Shown: positions 1-9,395, counted from the first letter of the stretch. The stretch: 32,000 nt of DNA from Vulcanisaeta distributa DSM 14429 (GCF_000148385.1 NC_014537.1:1110001-1142000), one strand, 5' to 3'. The notes: generated from the letters alone by a model not told the origin. Made by a program: numbers and translations.

Positions 1-395
1 AGACTAAGTGGGCGTCCTTCAATAAGGATTCCATGGTTGTAAGTAGTTCGAGGACTAGTGGGGTCTCGGTACTGCCAATTAGGCCGATTGATGGACGTAC
101 GATTAGGGGTATTGAGGACTTGAGGAGGGTCATGAGTTACCTGTACTCAGGCCTACTAAGCACCACAACCCCCAATGACTTTGAAAGGTTTAAGGACGCC
201 TACGATAAGGCTAAGGAGCAGGGTAAGGCTGGTTTAACGGAGGATATCGTTAGGCACGTTATCGGCAATAACACTAGGCTCGACTTAGTGATCGATGACT
301 TAACGTCGCGCATGGTTGATGGTTTAAGGACGTATGGGTATGATTATGCAAGTAATTTAATAAACGTGATTAACATACTGAGGCGATTGCCATGA
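1..395 (+). CDS. 3' end of a gene truncated by the left window edge. By position it may be the C-terminus of Cas10/Cmr2, but its identity is not verifiable here.
   Basis: The frame is open from the window edge (codons from nt 3 read TKWASFNKDS-M...), so the ATG at 33 is probably internal. The stop overlaps the next gene's start (ATGA at 392-395). I can assign no motif. The cas10/cmr2 guess rests only on the usual cmr2-cmr3 gene order. Confidence 0.35.
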   Translation, partial: TKWASFNKDSMVVSSSRTSGVSVLPIRPIDGRTIRGIEDLRRVMSYLYSGLLSTTTPNDFERFKDAYDKAKEQGKAGLTEDIVRHVIGNNTRLDLVIDDLTSRMVDGLRTYGYDYASNLINVINILRRLP

Positions 396-1378
396 CCCTT
401 AGGCTATTGATAAAGCCAATAGAGGCGCCCCACCTGACCAGGGGCATGGTTGGTGGCATTGACGTGATTAGCACCACTTACGCGCTTCACGCGCCATTGC
501 TGAGCACGGTGGTCGGCCTATTGGCTAATGTATACTGCGAGGCAACGGGTAATACCTCCATCTGCAATCTGCAGGGGTTGACTAATTGCCTTGACTCTTT
601 GAAGAAGGCTAGGGAGGAGATGGGGCTAGACATGCTGTGGGGACCCTTAGTGGTTGTCAATAATAAGCGTTACTTCATCGCCGAGGATAAGCTGGTGCCC
701 ATTGATAAGACTAAGGATTACGCAGACAGGGTGGTTAATATGGATTGTGCGGAGGATTGCCTAGATGAACTCCTAGGCAATGAGCAGTTCAGATTTGGGG
801 TGATTGAGAAGGCTGGCATAGCTATTGATAGGGAGAGGTTCACGGGCACCGTTAAGCCGGGCTTCATGTATAGGCAGAGGTTCACCTGGCTATATAGGAT
901 CCACGTCACTAAGGATGAACGTGAGACTAGGCGTGAACGTAGAGATGCGGTGGAGGGTTGGGGCTACGAATACGTTGTCAAGGTAAAGAACGAGGACGTG
1001 CTTAAGGGCACTAGATACATTATGAGGTTTGGCGGTGAGGGTAGGCAGGCAATTGTCGAGGTAACCGCGGGTGGTGACGTGGATCAGGGAGGGGACTACG
1101 GCATTGTCCTAAGCCCCGTGATATTCACGGGGGATGCGCCATTCGTGAACGTCCAAAGTATCGATAACGATATTGAGCTGGTCTACGGACTCCTAACCAA
1201 TGGTGGTGTTAAGCAGAGGGTGTCTACGGCATCCCTAGGCTTTAGCGAAGCAGCCAGGTGCAGGAGGCCCATATACCCAGCCATACCGCTAGGTACGGTG
1301 ATTAGGCTAAGGGCGCCTAGGACTCATGTAGGTCTATTCACTGAGTTCGGTTATGGATCGATACTCACGGTTAAGTGA
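392..1378 (+). CDS. cmr3: Type III-B CRISPR-associated RAMP protein, Cmr3-like
   Basis: 328 aa with the motif order I associate with Cmr3. N-terminal LLIKPIEAPHLTRG...APLLSTVVGLLA, then WGPLVV...YFIAEDKLV, GIAIDRERFTGTVKPGFMYRQRF, RFGGEGRQAIVEV (GGEGR motif), VLSPVIFTG, and a C-terminal glycine loop FGYGSILTV. Recognised by eye, not by search. Confidence 0.6.
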   Translation: MTLRLLIKPIEAPHLTRGMVGGIDVISTTYALHAPLLSTVVGLLANVYCEATGNTSICNLQGLTNCLDSLKKAREEMGLDMLWGPLVVVNNKRYFIAEDKLVPIDKTKDYADRVVNMDCAEDCLDELLGNEQFRFGVIEKAGIAIDRERFTGTVKPGFMYRQRFTWLYRIHVTKDERETRRERRDAVEGWGYEYVVKVKNEDVLKGTRYIMRFGGEGRQAIVEVTAGGDVDQGGDYGIVLSPVIFTGDAPFVNVQSIDNDIELVYGLLTNGGVKQRVSTASLGFSEAARCRRPIYPAIPLGTVIRLRAPRTHVGLFTEFGYGSILTVK

Positions 1379-1567
1379 TGGCGCATCTTATCTATTACCA
1401 TGTCGGCTAAGGTCAATAACCACGTAAACCCATGTTCTTACTAATCCTTCACGTTAACTAACCTGGCGTAGTTAAGTTAGCACACCTTAATCTCAACTCA
1501 TCATTAAGGCTAAATTAGTATCATTAAAGATTAAATAAGGGAGATTCGAACAATGTTGATGTGAGGC

Positions 1568-2676
1568 TTGAGATTCAGAACTATGGCCCAATTAAGAGTT
1601 TGGTGGTTAATGGGGATCCATACTGGGAGCCTAGCGGGTTTGAACTTCATACTTGGGATGCCTGGTTCTGGGAAGACGATGCTTGCCTGGGCCCTCTACG
1701 TGGAGCCAGCCCTAATGACCATTGAGGCATATAGGGCATCAATGGGCTTACCGCGCAGGTGTGATGACGCTGTCAGTAACTTCAGTAAGGTATTTGATGA
1801 AATACTTGCAGAGCAGGTTACTAATGTCCTGGTGCCAAGCACGTTAAGTATTGGTAGTTTAGTCAATGATATTCTCAATAGGCTCTCGGTGACTGTAATG
1901 GGGATTACAGCCACCATTGGTCAGGTGATTGAGCTTGCTAAGACCCTATGGAATTACAAGGGAGTTACGTGGGATTAATCACGTCTTAATAATGCATGAT
2001 GACTTGGATAGGTGGTTCGCGTCTGGAGGTATTGGGCGTGGTGTGGTTCAGGAATTAATCACGATGTACGCTGGCGAGTCTGAGAGTAAGCCTTTGGGTG
2101 AGGCTCCATGGGGTGATAAGTACGTTAAGGTGTTCATATCGATTAGTGATTAATCAGCAATGGAGTTGGCGTGGAAATACCGAGGCAAGGGTGGTTTAAT
2201 GCCAATGCTTCTTTGGAATCTGCCACGTGATGCCTTCTTTGACGTCGTTCATGAAGTTAGGAGGCAGTTAATGGGTGGTGCCGATGTAGGGTTTGATATG
2301 CTTTGCCAGCTACTTGGTGGTAATGTTAGGGCATTGATGGACCTGGCGATGAACTATGGGTGGGACCTAAGGACTTGGTTAAGGAATGTCGTAAATCACA
2401 TAAGGGACTTAATGTATAGGGAGGTGGTAATCCTCAATTTTACCTGACGTATCCGCGCTGATGGCTCGGATTAGGCCTAGGATGGGTGAGCCAAGACCCG
2501 ACGATTTAATGTACGGCGCTTTATTAAGTAGGGAACCACTCATTGAGGATAACGTGTTAATATGCGTCATTGGTAGGTCACTATCACAATTACCAGGTGA
2601 GGAGTGGGTGGGTAATGACCACGCATATCAACTGCCCGCCTATTACTGGGTCCTTAAGGCAATGGTTAATAAGTAG
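1568..2676 (+). pseudogene. P-loop NTPase (archaeal-ATPase-like) fragmented into four consecutive ORFs; probable pseudogene
   Basis: Four same-strand ORFs abut: 1568-1978, 1929-2153, 2160-2447 and 2461-2676. The first two overlap in different frames (frameshift). The second and third share a frame and are split by a single TAA (2154-2156). The fourth is in yet another frame. Walker A is ILGMPGSGKTMLAW in fragment 1, and a Walker-B-like HVLIMHDDLD lies in fragment 2. The summed length of about 370 aa fits one ancestral gene. Confidence 0.45.
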
Positions 2677-3383
2677 TCGATAAGTATCACGGGTGAGGAG
2701 GTAATCAATGAATTAATGAAGTATCTACGTAAATAATTATTCCGTAATTTCATGGTAAACACCCTACGAACAACAACGTATAACTACGTGAGGGTTCCCT
2801 ATCACCACTATCCATCGGCTTCGCCGGCTCATTTTAGCCATGATGGGATAATTGAAAGTAAAGAGTACATTTGGAATTTATAGCATATTGTTACGGCGTA
2901 AGTTCTTATGGAATTCATGAGGCATGTCTAGGCCCCATCTCGGTAATTCAATGTTTTGTTGATTAATTAGTATTAATGGTGGCACAGCCCACGTTAATTC
3001 CATTAATGATGCTTATTGTCGCTGAATCATTATTGTTTTAGTAATAATTTTCATCATTGCATATCACGTATTTGATTTATCAACTACACTTCTCCGGCGA
3101 TTAAAGTCACTCCGTACTTAAATAATGTCTTAGTTATAATAATTGCCTACGGATAGGCTTATCGTGAACTTATCAATGGCCAATATATGCGTTGTTTATG
3201 TAATGTAGTCATGAGAATTAACGACTCTGTATACAAGCCATGAGAATAAGACTCTTCCTATTAATGGTAGTTATACGGACGCACTCTCTACGCACTGAAG
3301 GAGTTATTGATTAGATAAGCATATTCAGCGTTGATTATTATGGTATTATGGTGGTAAGCTATTAGTAATGTGGCTCTCTAGGT

Positions 3384-3399
3384 TTTAAAGATTTATAAA
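3384..3399 (+). promoter_or_regulatory. BRE/TATA-like box for the PaREP1-like gene
   Basis: TTTTAAAGATTTATAAA is centred about 26-30 nt upstream of ATG 3422. This spacing fits a leaderless crenarchaeal transcript. Confidence 0.4.
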
Positions 3400-3421
3400 C
3401 GTTCATATTGATAAGTTTGAT

Positions 3422-3814
3422 ATGGATACGGCATTTAATGAGACCAGGGCAAGGGAGCATGCTGGGTTGGCAATAGCCATGTTTAGTGAGGGTCTCAATC
3501 TTATTAGTAAGGGTGATATTATTCAATCGAGTGAGAAGCTTTACAAGGCTGTGGAGGAGGCTATCAAGGCATTAGCCATCGCCAAAAACCTCGATGAGGC
3601 CAGGGAAGCCCTAGAGAAGGGCAGATGGACCGTGAGCCTATTGGATAGGGCAGCCATTAAGTTGGGCGACGGTGTTAGGCAAGCATGGGCTGAGGCCTAC
3701 TTCCTACATGTGAATGGCTTTCATGAGGTAAGAATTGGAATTGACGAGGTTAGGGCTAGGATACCAATTATTCAAGAACTGATTAATGAGGTTAAGAGGG
3801 AATTTGCTATTTAG
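3422..3814 (+). CDS. PaREP1/PaREP8-family protein (small helical, HEPN/KNTase_C-like)
   Basis: 130 aa, all-helical. The pattern SEKLYKAVEEAIKALAIAKNL...EKGRWTVSLLDRAA...AYFLHVNGFHE matches my memory of the Pyrobaculum PaREP1 family (EKxW.A...A.KA.A...GRW...LH..FYE). Confidence 0.55.
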   Translation: MDTAFNETRAREHAGLAIAMFSEGLNLISKGDIIQSSEKLYKAVEEAIKALAIAKNLDEAREALEKGRWTVSLLDRAAIKLGDGVRQAWAEAYFLHVNGFHEVRIGIDEVRARIPIIQELINEVKREFAI

Positions 3815-3925
3815 GGTAATAATTGACGTACTTGATTATGCAGAATTAGTCGCGCCTTAACTATCTTGTCCTTAGCATTTTTGCAGGTTTTGCCCTATAA
3901 GAAATATTAACCATGTGATGTCTAC

Positions 3926-4501
3926 GTGACTAGGCCTATGAAACCGGCTTTAATTGTGATAGATATGAATAAGGACTTCGTGTATGGAAAGTTGGGTAAT
4001 GAAAGGGCGAGGAACCTAGTACCTAGGCTTAAGAAGCTAATAGAGAGTGCCAGGGAGAAGGGGGTGCCTATTATTTACGTTGGCGATGCCCACCTACCCA
4101 CTGATCCAGAGATGAGGATTTGGGGCGAACACTCAATGAAAGGTACGGAGGGTGCTCAGGTAGTTGATGAATTGAGGCCGAGGGAGGGTGATTACGTGTT
4201 TGAGAAGAGGACGTATAGCGCATTTTTATGAGACCGGCTTAGATTTGCTCCTGAGGTCCCTGGGCGTGGACACTGTAATCCTCACCGGCTTCACACCAAT
4301 ATATGCGTTAGGCACACAGCGGCTGACGCGTTCTTCAGGGGTTATAGGATAATCGTGCCTAGCGATACCGTGGATGCGTTTACGGAGAAGGAGCACGTGG
4401 AGGGTCTTGATTACCTGAGGAGGGTTTATGGGGCGGAGGTCATGAGTTCCGACGAGGCCATAAAGCTAATAAGGTCTGGGCAGAGTATGCCAACTGCATG
4501 A
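3926..4501 (+). pseudogene. Isochorismatase-family cysteine hydrolase disrupted by two compensating frameshifts
   Basis: The N-terminal part reads ALIVIDMNKDF...IIYVGDAH...EKRTYSAF and ends at TGA 4229-4231. Family sequence resumes in the +1 frame (YETGLDLLLRSLGVDTVILTGF). It then returns to the original frame (HTNICVRHTAADAFFRGYRIIVPSDTVDAF...), ending at TGA 4499-4501, which is in frame with 3926. The first shift is at a T5 run (4223-4227). The second is an apparent missing C near 4292 (GGCTTC-ACACC where TTC CAC ACC is expected). Confidence 0.8.
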
Positions 4502-4587
4502 TAATAAACTCCGCTTTACTAATATTTAACGAATAACGAAATAAATTTATTAAAGTAATTATTCTTTGAGACAGTTATTAATGGCTA

Positions 4588-5232
4588 ATGCGTGATGTAG
4601 CTATGGATAGGGAAAAGCTGGAGCTGATTTATAATGGAGTCACCAGGATTCAGGAGGGTATGTATATAGGTATTGGGCTTGGCTTAATGTACGGCGTTAC
4701 GTCCCTGGTATTAAACTTCCTGGGCCTTACATCGGTTGGTCTCATGATACGTGGTTATGGAATACTTCAGATAGCTGAGGTGGCGATTGGTGTGCCAGTA
4801 CTCTATTATTATATGTACAGGGGATTCAATGAGTTGGTAAGGGCTGATAGGGCGAGGTATGGTATCGGTATGCTGGGCATTAAGGTACTGCTTTTAATTA
4901 GTCCGTTACTTCTTGCTGAGGGTCTTTATCTAGCCCTCGTTAATCAGTCACCCGTGACATTCCTCTTACTTCGTGTTGTGAATAGTATTATTGCATTGGT
5001 GCTGTACGTGTTAGTGCTGATTGCGCTTTATAGGCTTGGCTCGGAATTTGATGCCGACAGATTAAAAGTTGGTGTGGTCATGACCATTGTGACTGTGTTC
5101 ATATTGATGTTGCCGAATGTTATAGCAGCTATAATAGGGATTGTGGGTGTGATGCTTATGCTTATGGGCTTGGGCGATGTTAAGAGGGCTATTGAGAGGG
5201 AGCTAGGTATTGGTAGTCAAGGATCGCCTTAA
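4588..5232 (+). CDS. Integral membrane protein, unknown function
   Basis: 214 aa with about 6 hydrophobic segments. Its stop overlaps the start of the downstream MFS gene (TAATGG at 5230-5235). Confidence 0.6.
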   Translation: MRDVAMDREKLELIYNGVTRIQEGMYIGIGLGLMYGVTSLVLNFLGLTSVGLMIRGYGILQIAEVAIGVPVLYYYMYRGFNELVRADRARYGIGMLGIKVLLLISPLLLAEGLYLALVNQSPVTFLLLRVVNSIIALVLYVLVLIALYRLGSEFDADRLKVGVVMTIVTVFILMLPNVIAAIIGIVGVMLMLMGLGDVKRAIERELGIGSQGSP

Positions 5233-6506
5233 TGGTTGGCTTGCGGGGAATTTGGTTTTTAAGGGATTTGATTTTGATATCGACTGTGCCTAATTGGGAT
5301 AGGGATGTATGGTTACTCCTTGCGTCAAGGGGTTTGAGGAGTGTGGCTGGTGGTGCGCTTGGCGTGGTGACGGGGCTTTACCTGTATTACTACCTGCACC
5401 TGTCATTAACCGAGGTTGGTATTTTCTTCGGTGTTGGCGCATTCACGGCACCCCTTCTCTCACTCCTCTTCGGTAGGTTAGGCGATAAATATAGTAGGAA
5501 GGTGATCTTATTACTGACGCTTGCCTTCTTGCCAATAGCCACGGCAATACTCCTAATCACCAGGTATTACCCATTGCTCCTACTCGCAGCTGCGTTGGGA
5601 GGCTTTGGTACGGCTGGGGCGTTGGCTAGCGGTAGTGTTGGTGCTGTGGCTGCGCCAGTCCAAACGGCCATATTAGCCGATAAGACGGAGGGCATGGACA
5701 GGTCCATGGTATATGCAGTATTCAACCTAGTCTCTGGAACGGCATCGGCAATCGGAGCATTACTGGCTAACCTTAGCTATCGAGACGCATTCTATGCGGC
5801 CCTTGCACTATCAGCTGTTAGCCTATTCGTGGTATTACCAATTAAGGAGGAGCGTAGACCCAAACAACGCGTTAATGATGATCCGAATGGTAATTCCAAG
5901 ACCATAGCCCAACAGTTAAGGAGGGATTTAACGTACATAAAGAGGTTCGCAATAGTTGGTGTGTTGAATGGTACGGCCCAGGGATTAATAACGCCATTTC
6001 TGCCGATAATATTTAAGATGGTTCTCCACGTGAGTAATGGTGTTGTTGGTGATATATTCTTCATCGGTGGTCTCGCTGCGGCCTTTACATCACTCACGGC
6101 GCCGGTCTTCTCGAGGATCTTTGGGCTTAGGGATGCCATAATTATTCCGAGGATAATATCGACGATTGCATTAATGCTTATTCCATTCTCAACAACGCTT
6201 TACCTGGCTACAGTAACGTACGTGGTTTACGTAATGTTTAGGGTATCATCACTAGCTCCGCAGCAAGCCTTAATGATGGAGCTTGTGGGCAGGGGCAATA
6301 GGTCAACGGTCTCTGGAGTTAATCAGGCGGCGCGATTGTTGCCGTCGGCGACGGCAACGACTGTGGCAGGCCCAATGCTTGACTACTTACCAATCCCTGT
6401 ACCATTCACCATAGCTTTCATCGTGAATGTCATAAACATAGCCCTTTACAGGAGGTTCTTCCCCAACCCAAAACCAACGCGTGGTGGGGTAACCGTAATT
6501 GAATAG
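5232..6506 (+). CDS. Major facilitator superfamily transporter
   Basis: 424 aa with about 12 hydrophobic segments. An MFS motif-A-like loop FGRLGDKYSRKV follows TM2, and a central hydrophilic loop (EERRPKQRVNDDPNGNSK) splits the two halves. Confidence 0.75.
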   Translation: MVGLRGIWFLRDLILISTVPNWDRDVWLLLASRGLRSVAGGALGVVTGLYLYYYLHLSLTEVGIFFGVGAFTAPLLSLLFGRLGDKYSRKVILLLTLAFLPIATAILLITRYYPLLLLAAALGGFGTAGALASGSVGAVAAPVQTAILADKTEGMDRSMVYAVFNLVSGTASAIGALLANLSYRDAFYAALALSAVSLFVVLPIKEERRPKQRVNDDPNGNSKTIAQQLRRDLTYIKRFAIVGVLNGTAQGLITPFLPIIFKMVLHVSNGVVGDIFFIGGLAAAFTSLTAPVFSRIFGLRDAIIIPRIISTIALMLIPFSTTLYLATVTYVVYVMFRVSSLAPQQALMMELVGRGNRSTVSGVNQAARLLPSATATTVAGPMLDYLPIPVPFTIAFIVNVINIALYRRFFPNPKPTRGGVTVIE

Positions 6507-6507
6507 A

Positions 6508-7200
6508 TTAAACGACCTCAGAAGCCCTAACCTCAACACCCAACTCCCTAGCCAATTCAAGAGCCCTCCTCCTAATTACCGGACCAACGATGAGCAATCT
6601 CGGCTTCACCTTATTAATCCTCTCATAGAGGACTCCCTCCCTGAATAGTTCAGCCACGTCACCACGGTCAATACTCACCCTATACACAACGAGTATATGC
6701 TCATTATCCCTAGTGAGAACATCGACATCAATAATAGACGGGTGACCAAATACGAAACCATCACTGTCATAGTAAGTCCAACGCCTAACCTCGTAAACCT
6801 TAAGCAGGTCACTGACTAGGTATTTAATGGACTCCCTAAAGGCCTCCTCTATGAAAAGCCCGTATCTATAGCCCAATGCCGTTACTGAGGATGTCAACTT
6901 CTCAATACTAGTCTGCATAACGATTATGACTTCACCATGCCTCCTAACGTCCTCACTCAATGCCTCCACGACCTTCTTAAGCTCATCATGAGATTTAACG
7001 AGCACCTCCACGGCTTTCCTTAGCTCGCTTATTTCCTCGCCCTGCTTAGCAACAATATCCTTCAAGTCAGTTATGGCCTTAACTAGGTTGTCCACTGAGG
7101 ACTTAAGATCACTAATGCCCAGTAGTCCCATTACTGCATATCTAAACTCCTCATCTTCCTTAAGTAGCTTCAAAAGCTCCTTCCTTAAATCAGAGCTCAT
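6508..7200 (-). CDS. Coiled-coil protein with a C-terminal restriction-endonuclease-like (PD-(D/E)xK-type) domain; DUF3782/DUF1626-like
   Basis: 230 aa. The N-terminal ~100 aa are heptad-like (KSSVDNLVKAITDLKDIVAKQGEEISELRKAVEVLVKSHDELKKVVEAL). The C-terminal half, GHPSIIDVDVLTRDNEHILVVYRVSIDRGDVAELF...RLLIVGPVI...ARELGVEV, resembles the crenarchaeal pattern 'EiDvv...lvEvKs...dv..f'. The E-x-K position here reads V-Y-R. Confidence 0.5.
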   Translation of the reverse strand: MSSDLRKELLKLLKEDEEFRYAVMGLLGISDLKSSVDNLVKAITDLKDIVAKQGEEISELRKAVEVLVKSHDELKKVVEALSEDVRRHGEVIIVMQTSIEKLTSSVTALGYRYGLFIEEAFRESIKYLVSDLLKVYEVRRWTYYDSDGFVFGHPSIIDVDVLTRDNEHILVVYRVSIDRGDVAELFREGVLYERINKVKPRLLIVGPVIRRRALELARELGVEVRASEVV

Positions 7201-7281
7201 GCACTGATATGGAAGTCGAACTTAATTATTTAAACCTACCCATGGCAATGCTTTATTAGGGATTTGAAGAATATTCTTAAG

Positions 7282-8838
7282 ATGGTTTCGTGGGAACTCG
7301 TGTTTAGGGCCTCGGTATTCATTGCCGAGGAGATGGGTGTTGCATTGCGTAGGTCGGCCTTCTCACCAAATATTCGTGAGAGGATGGACCACAGTTGTGC
7401 GATAACTGATTCAGAGGGCAATATCGTGGCTCAGGCAGAGCACATACCGGTGCACCTAGGCTCCTTCAGGGTTGGTGTTAAGAACCTACTTAATTGGCTT
7501 AGTAGGGAGGGTATTGAGCTTAGCCCTGGTGATGCTGTGCTACTCAACGACCCGTACATATCAGGTACGCACTTAAATGATGTCATGATCATGGAGCCGA
7601 TATACGTAGGCAATAAACTCATTGGTTACGTCGTTAATAAGGCACACCACGTCGATGTAGGTGGGCCGGTGCCTGGTAGTATTAATCCCAGCGCTAGGAC
7701 GATTTATGAGGAGGGCTTGGTAATACCGCCAGTCAGGATTATGATTAAGGGCGAGCTGCAGCGTGACATACTCAATGTAATACTTAGCAATTTCAAGACT
7801 CCGGAGACTGCTATTGGCGATATAACGGCTCAATTAGCCGCGAATAGGGTTGGGGTTGCCAGGGTTAGGGAGTTGGTGGAGAAGTACGGTGTTGATAATG
7901 TGGTTAATGCGTGGAGGGAGGGTATTGAGTATGGCAGGAAGTTAGCCCTGATGGAAATTGGTAAGTGGCCCAGGGGTGTTTATGATGCGGTGGATTACAT
8001 GGAGCTTAATAATGAATTACTGCCGATTAAGGTATCCGTGGAGGTAAGTGAGGAGGGTGCTAAGGCTGACTTCAGTGGTACTCATGGTCAGGTTGAGGCG
8101 CCAATAAACGCTGTTTACGGCGTAACATTCTCCGCAGTATCATTTGTAATAAGATCATTGATACAAAGTGATATACCGACTAATGAGGGCTTCTACAGCA
8201 CTATAAACGTCATAGCGCCCGAGGGCACGCTCGTTAACCCAAGGAAGCCTGCGCCAGTGAGTGGTGGCAATGTCGAGACGACACAGAGGATTGCGGACGT
8301 AGTCTTTAAGGCATTGGCTAAGGCACTGCCCAATAGAGTGCCGGCTGCTGGGTCTGGCACAATGATGAATGTAATGATAGGTGGGACACTACCCAATGGA
8401 GGGTACTGGGCGTACTACGAAACGATTGGCGGTGGTACTGGCGGTAGGCCGGGCAAGCCAGGCGTGAGTGGTGTTCATGTTAATATGACTAATACGTTAA
8501 ACACCCCCATCGAAATCGCCGAGAGACAATACCCACTATTATTCACTGGGTATAGGATTAGGGAGGGAAGTGGTGGTGATGGTTCATATAGGGGCGGTGA
8601 CGGCATAATCAGATCATTCAAGGTACTAACTAAGGCGAGACTATCAATAATGGCTGAGAGGTTTAGGACAAGGCCATGGGGCCTGTGGGGTGGTAATGAC
8701 GGAGCACCAGGTAGGGTCACCATTAGGAGAAGTAATGGCGAGGTCATCAATCTACCGAGCAAGGCAACAATAGACCTGGAGCCAAGTGATGAAGTAATAA
8801 TCGAAACACCAGGAGGTGGTGGGTGGGGAAAGTCATAA
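7282..8838 (+). CDS. hyuB: Hydantoinase B/oxoprolinase-family protein (HyuB-like)
   Basis: The family N-terminus is strong: [58 protein letters not shown]. This is followed by [13 protein letters not shown] and, near the C-terminus, [15 protein letters not shown] and [12 protein letters not shown] 7282 is preferred over the TTG at 7264 given in the ORF track. Confidence 0.85.
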   Translation: MVSWELVFRASVFIAEEMGVALRRSAFSPNIRERMDHSCAITDSEGNIVAQAEHIPVHLGSFRVGVKNLLNWLSREGIELSPGDAVLLNDPYISGTHLNDVMIMEPIYVGNKLIGYVVNKAHHVDVGGPVPGSINPSARTIYEEGLVIPPVRIMIKGELQRDILNVILSNFKTPETAIGDITAQLAANRVGVARVRELVEKYGVDNVVNAWREGIEYGRKLALMEIGKWPRGVYDAVDYMELNNELLPIKVSVEVSEEGAKADFSGTHGQVEAPINAVYGVTFSAVSFVIRSLIQSDIPTNEGFYSTINVIAPEGTLVNPRKPAPVSGGNVETTQRIADVVFKALAKALPNRVPAAGSGTMMNVMIGGTLPNGGYWAYYETIGGGTGGRPGKPGVSGVHVNMTNTLNTPIEIAERQYPLLFTGYRIREGSGGDGSYRGGDGIIRSFKVLTKARLSIMAERFRTRPWGLWGGNDGAPGRVTIRRSNGEVINLPSKATIDLEPSDEVIIETPGGGGWGKS

Positions 8839-8979
8839 TCTTCATTAAAGAAAATTGTGTTTAATTCGCTGTTATTCACTAATGTCTTGAGCACCTCTTT
8901 ATCGTTTTTATTAATTTCCAAGCCATATAAGGGAGAAGGACTGAAAGATTAATTAAGGTTGTTAGTGAAATAATGAATA

Positions 8980-9297
8980 GTGAATTATGACTACTTAATT
9001 GAGGATGCCAGGAGGAGGCAGGATGTATTTAGGAATCTCGATAAGTACTTACGTATTATTAAGGAGGTTGTTAAGTCCATAGATCCCAATGCCGAGGTCT
9101 ATTTATTCGGTTCTGTTGCTGAAAATAGATATGCACTATCGAGTGATATTGATGTGTTGGTGGTAACAAATGTTAATCCAGGGATTATTCTCGAGAGGCT
9201 GTGGAAGGCAGGTATTGGACCTCCCTTCGAGATCCACGTGAGGACGCATGACAAGCTGGCTTATTATGAGAGGTTCAGTAAGTTAATTAGGGTGTGA
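8980..9297 (+). CDS. Minimal nucleotidyltransferase (MNT, pol-beta superfamily)
   Basis: 105 aa with a GTG start. It carries the signature YLFGSVAENRYALSSDIDVLVV (GS...DxD). No HEPN-type partner ORF is adjacent. Confidence 0.75.
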   Translation: MNYDYLIEDARRRQDVFRNLDKYLRIIKEVVKSIDPNAEVYLFGSVAENRYALSSDIDVLVVTNVNPGIILERLWKAGIGPPFEIHVRTHDKLAYYERFSKLIRV

Positions 9298-9395
9298 ATA
9301 CCTCACTCCCGCATAATACCTACCTCTATCCTTATTAATGAAAGGTATTTCCGTGATCTCGGATAAGGGCTTGGTTTAGTACTGCATGATGCTAT

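Noticed and set aside
2834-2858. TTAGCCATGATGGGATAATTGAAAG, which ends in ATTGAAAG like crenarchaeal CRISPR repeats (the 8-nt crRNA 5' handle), near the cmr remnant
   Set aside because: It is a single copy, with no second repeat at spacer distance anywhere in the window. An 8-mer match is expected by chance at roughly this window size. I kept it only as a note within the AT-rich-region finding.
7282-8838. hyuB-like gene without an adjacent hyuA (hydantoinase A) partner
   Set aside because: It is noted as slightly unusual, but hyuA could lie elsewhere in the genome. Nothing in the sequence itself is anomalous, so it is not reported as a finding.
8475-8921. 148-aa minus-strand ORF whose first ~27 codons (MEINKNDKEVLKTLVNNSELN) lie in the hyuB-MNT spacer and faintly resemble an Lrp/AsnC-type HTH N-terminus
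   Set aside because: The rest of the ORF is Pro/Ser/Leu-rich and antisense to the strongly supported hyuB 3' end. At most it is a tiny gene remnant, and there is too little sequence to support that.
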